From assembly GCA_964648515.1 (NCBI GenBank), contig CAZYMM010000001.1:1-45356 (forward strand): 45,356 nt of DNA, given 5' to 3'. The notes under the pieces were generated by a model. It searched no databases and was not told where the DNA came from. It saw only the letters and a list, made by a program, of their open reading frames with translations. Both the position numbers and the translations under genes were made by a program. Shown in pieces: positions 1 to 10,103 of this stretch. This stretch comes from an uncultured Conexibacter sp. (GTDB lineage Bacteria > Actinomycetota > Thermoleophilia > Solirubrobacterales > Solirubrobacteraceae). The first letter of the stretch is position 1, and every line of letters starts with the position of its first letter.

Positions 1-936
1 CAGGCCGCCAACGCGCTCCAGAACCTCGTCCGCGAGATGGAGTGGCGCTACGGCATCATGGCGATGAAGCGGACGCGCTCGCTCAAGGAGCTCAACCGCG
101 TCCGTGAGGAGGAGGGGGATCCGTCGCTGCCCTACATCCTCTGCGTGATCGACGAGCTCGCCGACCTGATGATGGTCGCGCCGGGAGACGTCGAGGACTC
201 GATCATCCGGATCGCGCAGAAGGCCCGTGCGGTCGGCATCCACCTCGTGCTCGCAACCCAGTCTCCGCGCGTCGACGTGATCACGGGGATGATCAAGGCC
301 AACGTTCCGTCGCGGATCGCGTTCGCCGTCTCCTCGCAGACCGACTCGCGCGTGATCCTCGACCAGAACGGGGCCGAGTCGCTGCTGGGGATGGGCGACA
401 TGCTGTTCAGCCCGGTCGGCTCGTCGAAACTGCAGCGGATCCAGGGTGCGTACATCGACGAGGCTCAGATCGCGGAGATCACGGAGTTCTGGGCGCGCCA
501 GGGCGAGCCGGAGCTGCGTGAGGATCTGCTCGAGGAGGTCGAGCCGCAGCTCGCCGACGGAGGTGGCGACGGCGACGGCCTCGACCCGGACGAGGATCCG
601 CTGCTGGCCGACGCGATCCAGCTGGTCGTCGAGATGAACACAGCGTCGACGTCGATGCTGCAGCGTCGCATGCGCCTGGGGTACACGCGTGCCGGGCGGA
701 TGATGGACATGCTCGAGCGGCGCGGGGTGATCAGCGGCTACGAGGGCAGCAAACCGCGTCAGGTCCTGATCGGAGAAGGCGACCTGCCACGCTTCCTGGC
801 TGCCGCCGCCGGCGACGGCGCCGAGCCACAGGATGTGACGCTGCCCGGTGATGAGGACGTGACGGAGGGGCTCGGGACCGAGCCCGACTCGGCCGACACG
901 ATCGTCATGTCCGCCTCGCAGCAGGAACGTCCGTAG
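1..936 (+). CDS. ftsK: DNA translocase FtsK/SpoIIIE, C-terminal part (5' end outside window)
   Basis: Frame open from base 1. Walker B 'VIDELADLMM', 'AQKARAVGIHLVLATQSP', 'GAESLLGMGDMLF', gamma domain 'STSMLQRRMRLGYTRAGRMMD'. Confidence 0.97.
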   Translation, partial: QAANALQNLVREMEWRYGIMAMKRTRSLKELNRVREEEGDPSLPYILCVIDELADLMMVAPGDVEDSIIRIAQKARAVGIHLVLATQSPRVDVITGMIKANVPSRIAFAVSSQTDSRVILDQNGAESLLGMGDMLFSPVGSSKLQRIQGAYIDEAQIAEITEFWARQGEPELREDLLEEVEPQLADGGGDGDGLDPDEDPLLADAIQLVVEMNTASTSMLQRRMRLGYTRAGRMMDMLERRGVISGYEGSKPRQVLIGEGDLPRFLAAAAGDGAEPQDVTLPGDEDVTEGLGTEPDSADTIVMSASQQERP

Positions 937-949
937 ACTCGCGGCGACA

Positions 950-1399
950 ATGGCCGAGATCGGCGCCACTCTGCGCGAGGCGCGCATGCGCGCTGGGATC
1001 GACATCGCGGAGATCGAATCCGAGACCAAGATCCGCGCCAAGTACCTACGCGCGCTGGAGAACGAGAACTGGGCCGCGCTGCCAGGGCCGACCTACGTCC
1101 GCTCGTTCATGCGCACCTATGCCGACACGCTCGGCCTCGACGGGCGCCTGCTGGTCGAGCAGTACCGATTCAGCCACGAGCGGCCGGCCGACCAGGACCT
1201 GGCCCCGATCGTGCCGCCGCGCAGGCGCTCGCTGCGGCCGCGCAGGGCGGTCCCGCGCTGGGTGTTCATCGTTGTCCTGATCGTGATCCTGGTGGTCGCG
1301 CTCTGGTGGCTGGGCACACGCAGTCCGAACAAGGCCGGCACGGCCGCGAAGCCTGCCGCGGGGTCGGTCGTGTTCGCGCCCGGAGTGCTCCGGCGATGA
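950..1399 (+). CDS. RodZ-like HTH membrane protein (short, no extracellular C-terminal domain)
   Basis: 'IGATLREAR...[14 protein letters not shown]...[19 protein letters not shown]' HTH_25 signature, then one TM helix; usual position after ftsK. Confidence 0.85.
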   Translation: MAEIGATLREARMRAGIDIAEIESETKIRAKYLRALENENWAALPGPTYVRSFMRTYADTLGLDGRLLVEQYRFSHERPADQDLAPIVPPRRRSLRPRRAVPRWVFIVVLIVILVVALWWLGTRSPNKAGTAAKPAAGSVVFAPGVLRR

Positions 1400-2700
1400 G
1401 CGTCAGCGCGGCGCTCGTCGTGACCGGTACCGAGGTCTTGACCGGAATCATCAGCGACCGCAACGGCCCCTGGGTCGCGCAGCAGCTCGCCGCGCTCGGG
1501 GTCGAGACATCATCGATCACGGTCGTCGGCGACCGGCCCGACGAGCTGCGGCAGGTTCTGGCGTGGGCTCGGGACGCAGGCAACCGGCTGATCGTCACGA
1601 CCGGCGGCCTAGGCCCGACCGAGGACGATCTGACCGCAGCCGTCGTCGCCGGCCTGCAGGAGCGTCCGATGATGCTCGACGAGGCGCTCGAGGGCCGGAT
1701 CTGGGCGATCCTCGAACCGCTCTCGACGCGGTGGCCCGATCTTGATCCTGTGGCGATCCGCGCCGCAAATCGCAAGCAGGCACTGGTGCCGGAGGGGGCG
1801 ACTGTGCTCGAGCCGGTCGGCACCGCGCCCGGGCTCGTCGTTCCGCCGCCCGCCGGACGGTCGACGGCCACTGTGCTCGTGTTGCCCGGGCCGCCGCGCG
1901 AGCTGCAGGCGATGTGGCCCGCCGCGATCGCGACGCAGGCGTTTCAGGACGCGATCTCCGGTGCGGTGCTGCGCCGTGAGTCGATGCTGCGGCTGTTCGG
2001 CATCCCGGAGTCCGAGATCGCCGAGACGCTGCGCCGCGCGCGTGCGGCCGGCGTCGGCATCGACCGGCTCGAGATCACGACCTGCCTGCGCCGCGGCGAG
2101 ATCGAGGTCGTCACGCGCAGCACGCCGGACTGCGACGCCGATCACGACCGCTTTCTGCAGTACGTACGCGAGCGCCATCACGACACGCTCTTCTCCGACG
2201 ACTTCTCGCGGATCGACGACCTGCTCACAGAGCTGCTCGCCGCTCGCACCTGGACGATCGCCACCGCCGAGTCCTGCACGGGCGGCATGCTGGCAGCCCG
2301 CCTGACCGACCGGGCGGGCGCCTCGGACTACGTGCGCGGCGGGATCGTCGTCTACTCGAACGCCGCAAAGACGACGCTCGCGGGAGTGGATCCGGGGCTG
2401 ATCGCGACGCACGGTGCGGTCTCCTGCGAGGTCGCGCAGGCGCTCGCGGCCGGTGCCCGTTCAGTCCTGGACGCCGACGTCGGCGTCGGCATAACCGGCG
2501 TCGCCGGTCCTGGCGGCGGCAGCGAGGAGAAGCCGGTCGGCACGGTCTGGCTCTGCGTCGCCGGACCGGACGGAGCACAGCTGACCCGCCACGTCCGGAT
2601 CCCGGGCGCTCGCGCTGACGTGCGCGAGCGCGCGACGACGGTCGCGATGCATCTCCTGCGCCGCCTCTGCCTCGGCGAGAGCGATCCGCCGGCGGCCTGA
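1396..2700 (+). CDS. cinA: Competence/damage-inducible protein CinA (MocF domain + PncC domain)
   Basis: 'GTEVLTG..SDRNG', '[12 protein letters not shown]', 'AESCTGG', '[18 protein letters not shown]'. ATG at 1396 overlaps upstream TGA (ATGA); lies before recA. Confidence 0.93.
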   Translation: MSVSAALVVTGTEVLTGIISDRNGPWVAQQLAALGVETSSITVVGDRPDELRQVLAWARDAGNRLIVTTGGLGPTEDDLTAAVVAGLQERPMMLDEALEGRIWAILEPLSTRWPDLDPVAIRAANRKQALVPEGATVLEPVGTAPGLVVPPPAGRSTATVLVLPGPPRELQAMWPAAIATQAFQDAISGAVLRRESMLRLFGIPESEIAETLRRARAAGVGIDRLEITTCLRRGEIEVVTRSTPDCDADHDRFLQYVRERHHDTLFSDDFSRIDDLLTELLAARTWTIATAESCTGGMLAARLTDRAGASDYVRGGIVVYSNAAKTTLAGVDPGLIATHGAVSCEVAQALAAGARSVLDADVGVGITGVAGPGGGSEEKPVGTVWLCVAGPDGAQLTRHVRIPGARADVRERATTVAMHLLRRLCLGESDPPAA

Positions 2701-2770
2701 CGCGGCTCGTGCGGAACCGTTGCGGTTGCGTGGTACAGACGCGGCGATCGTGACACACCGGGCACACGGG

Positions 2771-2784
2771 CGAGCATATGTTCG
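2771..2784. promoter_or_regulatory. LexA (SOS/Cheo) box upstream of recA
   Basis: CGAGC-ATAT-GTTCG, one mismatch to the Gram-positive consensus CGAAC-N4-GTTCG, about 65 bp before the recA start. Confidence 0.8.
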
Positions 2785-2848
2785 GTTCCGTCCGGTCGGG
2801 TCCGCAGACTCAACGCCACAGAACTTCCGAAGGAGAGGTCCGTTTCCG

Positions 2849-3982
2849 ATGGCCGCAACCGCAACCGCAACTTCAACCGCAGACGAAAAGGCTCAGAAGG
2901 CCCGCGAGGACGCGCTCAAGGGCGCGCTGACCCAGATCGAGCGTCAGTTCGGCGCCGGAACGATCATGCGGATGGGCGACGAGGGCGCCCAGGTCAAGGT
3001 CGCCGCGATCCCGACCGGCGCGCTGTCGCTGGATCTCGCGCTCGGTATCGGCGGCCTGCCGCGTGGGCGCATCGTCGAGGTCTACGGACCGGAGTCCTCG
3101 GGCAAGACGACGCTCGTCTATCACGTGATCGCCGAGGCCCAGAGGCTCGGCGGCGTCTGCGCCTTCATCGACGCCGAGCACGCGATGGACCCGCTCTACG
3201 CCCAGCAGATCGGCGTCGACATCGACGAGCTGCTGGTCTCGCAGCCCGACTACGGCGAGCAGGCGCTTGAGATCGCCGACATGCTCGTGCGCTCCGGCGC
3301 GGTCGATCTGGTCGCCGTCGACTCGGTCGCTGCGCTGACGCCGCGATCCGAGCTCGAAGGCCAGATGGGCGACCAGACCGTCGGGCTGCAGGCGCGGATG
3401 ATGAGCCAGGCGATGCGCAAGCTGACCGGCAACCTCAACCGCACGCAGACACTGTGCCTGTTCACGAACCAGATCCGCGAGAAGGTCGGCGTGATGTTCG
3501 GCTCGCCGGAGACCCAGCCCGGCGGACGCGCGCTGAAGTTCTACAGCTCTCAGCGACTGGACATCCGCCGGATCGAGACGCTCAAGGACGGCACCGAGGC
3601 GGTCGGCAACCGCGTCCGCGTCAAGGTCGTCAAGAACAAGGTCGCGGCGCCGTTCCGCCAGGCCGAGTTCGACATCGAGTTCGGCAAGGGCATCTCGACG
3701 TCGGGTTGCATTCTCGACCTCGGGATCGAGCACGACATCGTCCAGAAGTCAGGTTCGTTCTTCTCCTACGACGGTGAGCGCCTCGGCCAGGGGCGCAACA
3801 ACGTCAAGGCCTTCCTCGACGAGCACACCGACATCCGCGACGCGATCGAGAACCGGATCTACGCGGCGCTCGGGATCGATCGCGGCGGTGCCGACGCTGC
3901 ACTGAGCGTGCCCGAGGGCGTCGATCCCGAGACCGGCGAGATCATCGTCACGCGGCAGGACGAGAAGGCCGCCGCGGTCTAG
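2849..3982 (+). CDS. recA: Recombinase RecA
   Basis: 'GPESSGKTT', 'FIDAEHA', '[28 protein letters not shown]'. Start placed at ATG 2849 after AGGAGAGG RBS. Confidence 0.99.
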   Translation: MAATATATSTADEKAQKAREDALKGALTQIERQFGAGTIMRMGDEGAQVKVAAIPTGALSLDLALGIGGLPRGRIVEVYGPESSGKTTLVYHVIAEAQRLGGVCAFIDAEHAMDPLYAQQIGVDIDELLVSQPDYGEQALEIADMLVRSGAVDLVAVDSVAALTPRSELEGQMGDQTVGLQARMMSQAMRKLTGNLNRTQTLCLFTNQIREKVGVMFGSPETQPGGRALKFYSSQRLDIRRIETLKDGTEAVGNRVRVKVVKNKVAAPFRQAEFDIEFGKGISTSGCILDLGIEHDIVQKSGSFFSYDGERLGQGRNNVKAFLDEHTDIRDAIENRIYAALGIDRGGADAALSVPEGVDPETGEIIVTRQDEKAAAV

Positions 3983-4003
3983 GCGCACGCAGCCGCAGCC
4001 GCC

Positions 4004-4486
4004 GTGCAGGAGTTGCGTGAGGCTCAGCGTCTGGATGCGGCGCTGGGGATCGCCTATCGCCGGATCGCACGACGCGATCGGACCAGCGCCGAGATCGAAC
4101 AGCATCTGCTTGAGCGCGACGTCGACGAGCCGACGGTGGCCGCCGCGATCACCGAGCTGACAGAGCTCGGCTATCTCGACGATGCCCGCTTTGCGATCCG
4201 GTTCACCGGCGACCGGCGGCTGCTGGACGGCTGGGGCAGTATCCGGATTGAGCGCCGGCTGCGCGAGCTCGGTGTGGCGCGCGATCTGATCGCGGCGGCG
4301 CTCGAGCGGGGCGAGAACGAGCAGGGTGAGCTCGAGGCCGCCGTCCAGCAGCTGCGCCGGCGGTTTTCCGAGGCGCCGCAGACGGCGCGCGACCGCCGGC
4401 GCGCCATCGAGATGCTGCTGCGACGCGGCTATGCCCTCGAGCTCGCGCACGACGCGCTGCGCCGGGTGGAAGCCGGCGACGACTGA
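4004..4486 (+). CDS. recX: Regulatory protein RecX
   Basis: 'RDRTSAEIEQHL', 'LGYLDDARFA', 'WGSIRIERRLRELGV', 'LLRRGY'; directly after recA. Confidence 0.9.
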   Translation: MQELREAQRLDAALGIAYRRIARRDRTSAEIEQHLLERDVDEPTVAAAITELTELGYLDDARFAIRFTGDRRLLDGWGSIRIERRLRELGVARDLIAAALERGENEQGELEAAVQQLRRRFSEAPQTARDRRRAIEMLLRRGYALELAHDALRRVEAGDD

Positions 4487-4701
4487 CGTGCCACGAGCTG
4501 CGCCGGCCGGCCATGCCTGTCGGCGACAGGCCGATAGCCGCGTCCCTGAGCCACAGCTGCGATCACTGCCGCGCGGCGGATGCAGCGGCCCACAGGTACC
4601 ATCGGCGTGCGGCCCGGTCACGCAGCCCGGACCGCCCCGACAGCAGCAGCCTGAGACCGCCGCTTCGCTTCCATCGGACCGGCGGAGAGAGGAACCGACA
4701 G

Positions 4702-6090
4702 ATGGAGACCCTGATCGGCGCGGCGGTGATCGCCGCCGCGATCGTGATCGCCGGATTCGTGCACGGCAGACAGCGGCCGGCAGTGGCCGAGCAGGCACCG
4801 CCAGCGCCAGAGCCGGCGCCGCCCGCCCAGCAGGATCGGACCGCCGGACGGTCAGCCAAGCTCGATGCTCGTGAGGCCGAGCTCGAGCGGCGCGAGGCCC
4901 ACCTGCACGCTCGCGAGCAGGAGCTCGAGGCGCTCGGCGACCAGCGCGAGCGGGCGCTCGAGCATCTCGCGGGCATCAGCGCTCAGGAGGCGCGCGAGAC
5001 GCTGCTGACCGAGATCGAGAACGAGGCCCGTCTGCATGGCGCACGCCGGATCAGGCACGTCGAGGAGGAGACCCGGCTCGAGGCAGACCGCCGAGCACGA
5101 TCGATTCTGGCGACGGCGATGGTGCGGGCGGCAGCCTCGCACGCTCAAGAGTCGACGGTCACGGTGATCAACCTGCCCGACGAGGGCATGAAGGGCCGCA
5201 TCATCGGTCGCGAGGGTCGCAACATCCGTGCGCTCGAAGCGCTGACCGGCGTCGACGTCATCATCGACGACACGCCCGGCGCCGTCGTGCTGTCGGGATT
5301 CGACGGGGTGCGCAGGGAGGTCGCCCGGCTGACGCTGGTCAAGCTGATGGCCGACGGCCGGATCCATCCGGCGCGGATCGAGGAGGCGTTCGAGCAGTCG
5401 CAGGCCGAGCTCGACGCGCTGATCGCCCAGGCCGGCGAGGACGCAGTGCTCGACGCCGGCGTCAAGGGGCTCGATCCTGAGCTCACACGGGTGCTCGGAC
5501 GGCTGCGGTTCCGCACCAGCTACGGCCAGAACATGCTCCAGCACGGGATCGAGTGCGCGAACCTCGCCGGCGTGCTCGCGCACGAGCTCGGCGGAGATGT
5601 CGCGGTCTCCCGCCGGGCCGCACTGCTGCACGACATCGGCAAGGCGCTGTCGCACGACGTCGAAGGGCCGCACGCGCTCGTCGGCGCCGACTGCGCCCGC
5701 CGTCACGGCGAGAGCGAGGCGGTGGCCCACGCGATTGCGGCCCACCACAACGAGGTCGAGCCGGCGTCGGTCGAGGCGGTGGTCGTGCAGATCGCCGATG
5801 CGTTGTCCGGTGCGCGCCCCGGCGCCCGCGGTGAGTCGCTCGAGCAGTACGTCAGCCGGCTGCGCCAGCTCGAGCGCGTCGCCGAGCGGCACAGCGGCGT
5901 CGAGAAGGTCTTCGCAGTCCAGGCCGGCCGCGAGCTCCGCGTGATCGTCGAACCCCGCGCCGTCGACGACGATGGCGCGGCGGCGCTGGCCTACGAGATC
6001 GCGCTCGCGATCGAGCGCGAGGTCGAATATCCGGGGCAGATCAAGGTCACGGTGATCCGCGAGTCACGGAGCTCGGCGACCGCGCACTGA
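4702..6090 (+). CDS. rny: Ribonuclease Y
   Basis: N-terminal TM and coiled coil, KH 'MKGRIIGREGRNIRALE', HD 'LLHDIGKA', 'EYPGQIKVTVIRE'. Start at ATG 4702 after GAGAGGAA. Confidence 0.96.
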   Translation: METLIGAAVIAAAIVIAGFVHGRQRPAVAEQAPPAPEPAPPAQQDRTAGRSAKLDAREAELERREAHLHAREQELEALGDQRERALEHLAGISAQEARETLLTEIENEARLHGARRIRHVEEETRLEADRRARSILATAMVRAAASHAQESTVTVINLPDEGMKGRIIGREGRNIRALEALTGVDVIIDDTPGAVVLSGFDGVRREVARLTLVKLMADGRIHPARIEEAFEQSQAELDALIAQAGEDAVLDAGVKGLDPELTRVLGRLRFRTSYGQNMLQHGIECANLAGVLAHELGGDVAVSRRAALLHDIGKALSHDVEGPHALVGADCARRHGESEAVAHAIAAHHNEVEPASVEAVVVQIADALSGARPGARGESLEQYVSRLRQLERVAERHSGVEKVFAVQAGRELRVIVEPRAVDDDGAAALAYEIALAIEREVEYPGQIKVTVIRESRSSATAH

Positions 6091-6112
6091 CCGCCCGGAT
6101 ACCCTGGCGACC

Positions 6113-7459
6113 GTGCAGCCGGCCCGCGACAGGCGCTACCACGTCACCACCTTCGGGTGCCAGATGAACGAGCACGACTCCGAGCGGATGAAGGGGATGC
6201 TCGACGCGCTCGGCTACAGCGAGGCTGCCGACCCCGCCACAGCCGATCTGATCCTGTTCAACACCTGCTCGATCCGTGAGCGGGCAGACAGCCGCTTCAC
6301 AGCACACCTGCAGCAGGCGGCAGCTCACAAGCGCCGCCGCGACGATGTCGTGATCGGGGTCGGCGGCTGCTGGGCGCAGTCGGTCAAGGAGCAGGTGTTT
6401 CGCGACTTTCCGTTCGTCGACGTGGCATTCGGGCCCGGGCAGGTGCACAAGCTCGCCGAGTTCCTGACCAGCGACCAGCTGACAGCGCAGGGCTTCTTCG
6501 AGTTCGAGGGCTTCACCGGGCATCTGCCGTCCAAGCGCGAGCGGGCACGTCAGGCATGGGTGCAGATCGCGGTCGGCTGCAACATGGCCTGCTCGTACTG
6601 CATCGTGCCGTCGACGCGCGGCCGTCAGGTCTCGCGCCCACAGTCCGAGCTGATCGACGAGGTCCGCGAGCTGGCCGCCGACGGTGTCCGCGAGGTGACG
6701 CTGCTGGGACAGAACGTCAACGCCTACGGACGCGACCTGCCTGCCGGATCGGACGGCCGCGCGGGTTTCGCCGCGCTGCTGCAAGCGATCGATGCGATCG
6801 ACGGCATCGATCGCATCCGCTACACGAGCCCGCATCCGCAGGACTTCAAGGAGGACGTGGTCAGGGCGCACGCCGAGCTGCCATCGCTCTGCCCGCATGT
6901 CCATCTGCCGCTGCAGTCGGGCTCGTCGACGATCCTGAAGGCGATGCGCCGGACCTACGATCGCGAGCGCTTTCTCGACCGTGTCCGTCTGATCCGCGAG
7001 CACAACCCCGACATCGCGATCACCACCGACATCATCGTCGCGTTCCCGGGGGAGACCGAGGCGGACTTCGCGCAGACGCTCGAGGTCTGCGAGCAGGTCG
7101 GCTTCGACGGGGCGTTCACGTTCATCTACTCGCCGCGCCGCGAGACCGAGGCGGCGACGTTCGCCGACCGCTTCGTCGAGCACGAGATCGCGAGCGAGCG
7201 CATGGAGCGGCTCATCGACGTCGTCCAGCGGCGCGCACGCGAGCGGGCCCAGCGCTTCGTCGGCCGCACGCTCGACGTGCTGATCGAGGGCCGCTCGCGG
7301 ACCGACGAGACGCGGCTGCGCGGTCGCTGCGGCCACAACAAGGTCGTCAACTTCGACGGGCTCGGCGAGCCGGGCGAGATCGTGCCGGTGACGATCAGCG
7401 GTGCGACCTCGCAGACGCTGACCGGTGAGTCCTCGCTGCTGGCGCTGGCCGCTCGCTGA
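6113..7459 (+). CDS. miaB: tRNA-i6A37 methylthiotransferase MiaB
   Basis: 'TFGCQMNEHDSE', 'NTCSIRERA', radical SAM 'CNMACSYC', 'LLGQNVNAYG', C-terminal TRAM domain. Confidence 0.96.
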   Translation: MQPARDRRYHVTTFGCQMNEHDSERMKGMLDALGYSEAADPATADLILFNTCSIRERADSRFTAHLQQAAAHKRRRDDVVIGVGGCWAQSVKEQVFRDFPFVDVAFGPGQVHKLAEFLTSDQLTAQGFFEFEGFTGHLPSKRERARQAWVQIAVGCNMACSYCIVPSTRGRQVSRPQSELIDEVRELAADGVREVTLLGQNVNAYGRDLPAGSDGRAGFAALLQAIDAIDGIDRIRYTSPHPQDFKEDVVRAHAELPSLCPHVHLPLQSGSSTILKAMRRTYDRERFLDRVRLIREHNPDIAITTDIIVAFPGETEADFAQTLEVCEQVGFDGAFTFIYSPRRETEAATFADRFVEHEIASERMERLIDVVQRRARERAQRFVGRTLDVLIEGRSRTDETRLRGRCGHNKVVNFDGLGEPGEIVPVTISGATSQTLTGESSLLALAAR

Positions 7460-7497
7460 GCGCCACGAACGGGACCTGCGGGCGTCGGTTCTGGCCG

Positions 7498-8304
7498 TCA
7501 GCGCAGGTGGCGCTGGCCGTCGGCGACGTCGGCCGCGACGCGGTCGCCGCCGGCCCGCCCGGCGAGCGCGGCGGCCCTGTCCGGTGCGAGCGCGGCGATT
7601 GCCGATCCGAGCCGCATCGCGATCGGCGCCACCGTCACCTCGCCCCTGTCGGCGGTGATCGCGTGGGCGACGGCGTCAGCGACCTGCTGCGGGGTCGATG
7701 TGCCGACTCCTTTGGGCAGCTCGGCGTGGCTGTTGTGGAACATGCCCGCATCGCGGATGAATCCGGGGAAGACGACGCTGACGCCGACACCGGCGGGCCG
7801 CAGATCGCCGCGCAGGCCCTGACCGAAACCGCGCAGCCCGAACTTCGTCGCGCTGTAGATCGCGGTCCCGGCCTGACCGGACTTGCCCGACAGCGACGAC
7901 ATCAGCACGATCTGGCCGCGTCCGCGCGCGCACATCGCGGGCGCGAGCGCGAGCGCGAGCATGATCGGCGCCCGCAGGTTGATGTCGAGCGCACGATCGA
8001 CCTGCTGCACCGTGTACTCGGTCGCCGGCCCCGAGGCCGGCACCGCGGCGTTGGCGACGAGCACGTCGACGGCTCCCGCCCGTTCGGGCAGCGCCGCAAC
8101 GGCATCGCGGGACTCGAAGTCGCAGACGAGCGTCTCGTGCCCGGCGTGAACGGAGCCGAGCCTGCCGGCAAGCTCGTTCAACGCCTGCTCGCGGCGGCCG
8201 CAGAGAACGAGCTGCGCTCCGTCCGCGGCGAGCCGCTGCGCGATCGCCTCACCGAGCCCACCGGTCGCTCCGGTCAGCAGCACGCGCGCGTGGTCGAGGT
8301 TCAT
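7498..8304 (-). CDS. Short-chain dehydrogenase/reductase (SDR)
   Basis: 'TGATGGLG' cofactor motif, 'VLVANAA', catalytic 'YSATK'. Start set at ATG 8304. Confidence 0.92.
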   Translation of the reverse strand: MNLDHARVLLTGATGGLGEAIAQRLAADGAQLVLCGRREQALNELAGRLGSVHAGHETLVCDFESRDAVAALPERAGAVDVLVANAAVPASGPATEYTVQQVDRALDINLRAPIMLALALAPAMCARGRGQIVLMSSLSGKSGQAGTAIYSATKFGLRGFGQGLRGDLRPAGVGVSVVFPGFIRDAGMFHNSHAELPKGVGTSTPQQVADAVAHAITADRGEVTVAPIAMRLGSAIAALAPDRAAALAGRAGGDRVAADVADGQRHLR

Positions 8305-8329
8305 GCGCGCATCTTGGCACCATGGGCGC

Positions 8330-9226
8330 GTGAGCCGGGTGATCGCCATCTTCGGGCCGACTGCGATCGGCAAGACCCAGGTTGCGATCGCTCTCGGCGA
8401 GCAGCTCGCCGCCCGCGGCGAGCAGGCGGTCGCGATCTCGGCCGACGCGATCCAGGTCTACAGCGGGATCGAGCTGCTCAGCGGCGCCCCCACGGTGCAG
8501 GAGCGGGCGCGGCTCGAGCATCGGCTGGTCTCGTTCCTGCCGCTTGCGGACACCTACAGCGCCGGCGCCTATGCCCGCGACGCCCACCACGAGATCGATG
8601 CGGCGCTGGCCGCCGGGCTCGTACCGATCGTGGTCGGGGGAACAGGCCTATACCTGCGGGCGGCGCTCGCGGAGCTCGAAATGCGCCCGCCTGTCGATCC
8701 GGCGATCGCAGCCCGCCTGGCCGGCGAATGGGAGACCGAAGGACCGGGGCGCATGCATGGCCGTCTGGCCGCGGCGGCGCCACAGTCGGCGGCGCACATC
8801 GCAGCGCGCGATCGCACTCGCGTGCTGCGTGCCCTGGCGCTGATCGAGCAGGGGATCGCCGAACCACTGCGTGGCGGCGGAGCGCTCTGGGACCCAGCCA
8901 CCCGCCACCCGACGCGGCTGATCGGCCTGACGCTCGACCCCGCTCAGCACCGCGAGCGGATCGAACGCCGCATCGACGCGATGCTCGCCGCGGGTGCGCT
9001 CGCCGAGGCGCAGGCCGCCGACCGCGCCGGAGCCTCGGATACCGCACGCCAGGCGCTCGGCTTCGACGATCTGCTGCGCGGCGACACCGCGGCGATGCGC
9101 ACCCGCACCCATCACTACGCCAAACGCCAGCGGACCTGGCTGCGCCGGCTCCGCCATGCCGAGCTCATCGATGTCGGTGGCCGCTCGGCCGCCGACGTTG
9201 CGGCGGCGATCCTCGACGGCCGTTAG
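8330..9226 (+). CDS. miaA: tRNA dimethylallyltransferase MiaA
   Basis: 'GPTAIGKT', 'ISADAIQVY', 'VGGTGLYLRA', 'YAKRQRTWLR'. GTG start at 8330. Confidence 0.95.
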   Translation: MSRVIAIFGPTAIGKTQVAIALGEQLAARGEQAVAISADAIQVYSGIELLSGAPTVQERARLEHRLVSFLPLADTYSAGAYARDAHHEIDAALAAGLVPIVVGGTGLYLRAALAELEMRPPVDPAIAARLAGEWETEGPGRMHGRLAAAAPQSAAHIAARDRTRVLRALALIEQGIAEPLRGGGALWDPATRHPTRLIGLTLDPAQHRERIERRIDAMLAAGALAEAQAADRAGASDTARQALGFDDLLRGDTAAMRTRTHHYAKRQRTWLRRLRHAELIDVGGRSAADVAAAILDGR

Positions 9227-9238
9227 CCTCGCGGGCCG

Positions 9239-10090
9239 ATGCGCATCGAGAAGTGGCAGGCCCTGGGCAACGACTATCTGATCGTCGAACGCGAGCGGCT
9301 GCCGTGGCCGATGACGGCGGTCCGCGTGCGGTTGCTCTGCGACCGGCATCTGGCGCTCGGCGCTGATGGGGTGCTGGAGCTGGCACCGCCGCCGGCCGCC
9401 GGCTTCGTCGCCGCGCTGACGATCTGGAACCCGGACGGCTCGGTCGCCGAGCTGTCGGGCAACGGCGCCCGCGAGGCCGTGCTCTACCTGCGTGCGAGCG
9501 GCTGGACCGATCAGAACGAGTTCTCGATCGCGACCACCGCCGGCGAGGTGCGCGCGACGATCACAGCCGAGGACCGCTGCTCACTGGCGATGGGCCGGGC
9601 AAGGCTGAGCTCCGCGGACTTCCCCGGTGGCCCTGACGACGGCCGTGTGCAGCTCGTCGCCGGCGGGCGCGACTGGCAGGTACAGCACCTGCAGGTCGGC
9701 AACCCGCAGGCCGCGATCCGCGTCGCCGGTCCCGACGAGCTCGACTCGCTCGATCTGGCGGTGCTCGGACCGGAGATCGAGTGCCACGAGTTGTTCCCCA
9801 ACCGGACCAACGTCTCGTTCTGGCACGAGCTGGCGCCGGGCCGGATCCGGGCCCGGATCTTCGAGCGCGGCGTCGGCGAGACCAGCGCGTCGGGCACCGG
9901 CGCCAGCGGCGCCGCGATCGCATCGGTGCTGGCAGGCGGCGAGAGCCCGGTGACCGTGGTGCTCGACGGCGGTGAGCTGGAGGTGGCCGTCGACGACGCG
10001 CTGCTCTACACGCTCACCGGTGACGCCGAGCGCGTCTACCAGGCCGCTCTGTCAGCGGCGCTGCTGGTCCGGCTTGAGGCCGCGTCGTAG
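9239..10090 (+). CDS. dapF: Diaminopimelate epimerase, Ser/Ser active-site variant
   Basis: 'KWQALGNDYL', 'CDRH..LGADG', 'WNPDGS.AELSGNG', 'VGNPQA', 'FPNRTNV', 'ERGVGETSASGTGA'; follows miaA, near dapD, dapE and hflX. Confidence 0.9.
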   Translation: MRIEKWQALGNDYLIVERERLPWPMTAVRVRLLCDRHLALGADGVLELAPPPAAGFVAALTIWNPDGSVAELSGNGAREAVLYLRASGWTDQNEFSIATTAGEVRATITAEDRCSLAMGRARLSSADFPGGPDDGRVQLVAGGRDWQVQHLQVGNPQAAIRVAGPDELDSLDLAVLGPEIECHELFPNRTNVSFWHELAPGRIRARIFERGVGETSASGTGASGAAIASVLAGGESPVTVVLDGGELEVAVDDALLYTLTGDAERVYQAALSAALLVRLEAAS

Positions 10091-10103
10091 CGGGCGCGAA
10101 CGG

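Noticed and set aside
2720-2848. 43-aa N-terminal extension of RecA from the ORF track (similar extensions for cinA, rny, nadE, WS/DGAT)
   Set aside because: The region holds the LexA box and RBS; homology begins at the downstream starts used.
4487-4701. 6S RNA or sigma28 promoter (GCCGATAG at 4530) upstream of rny
   Set aside because: No long rod with central bubble could be traced, and no plausible -35 lies 14-16 nt upstream of GCCGATAG.
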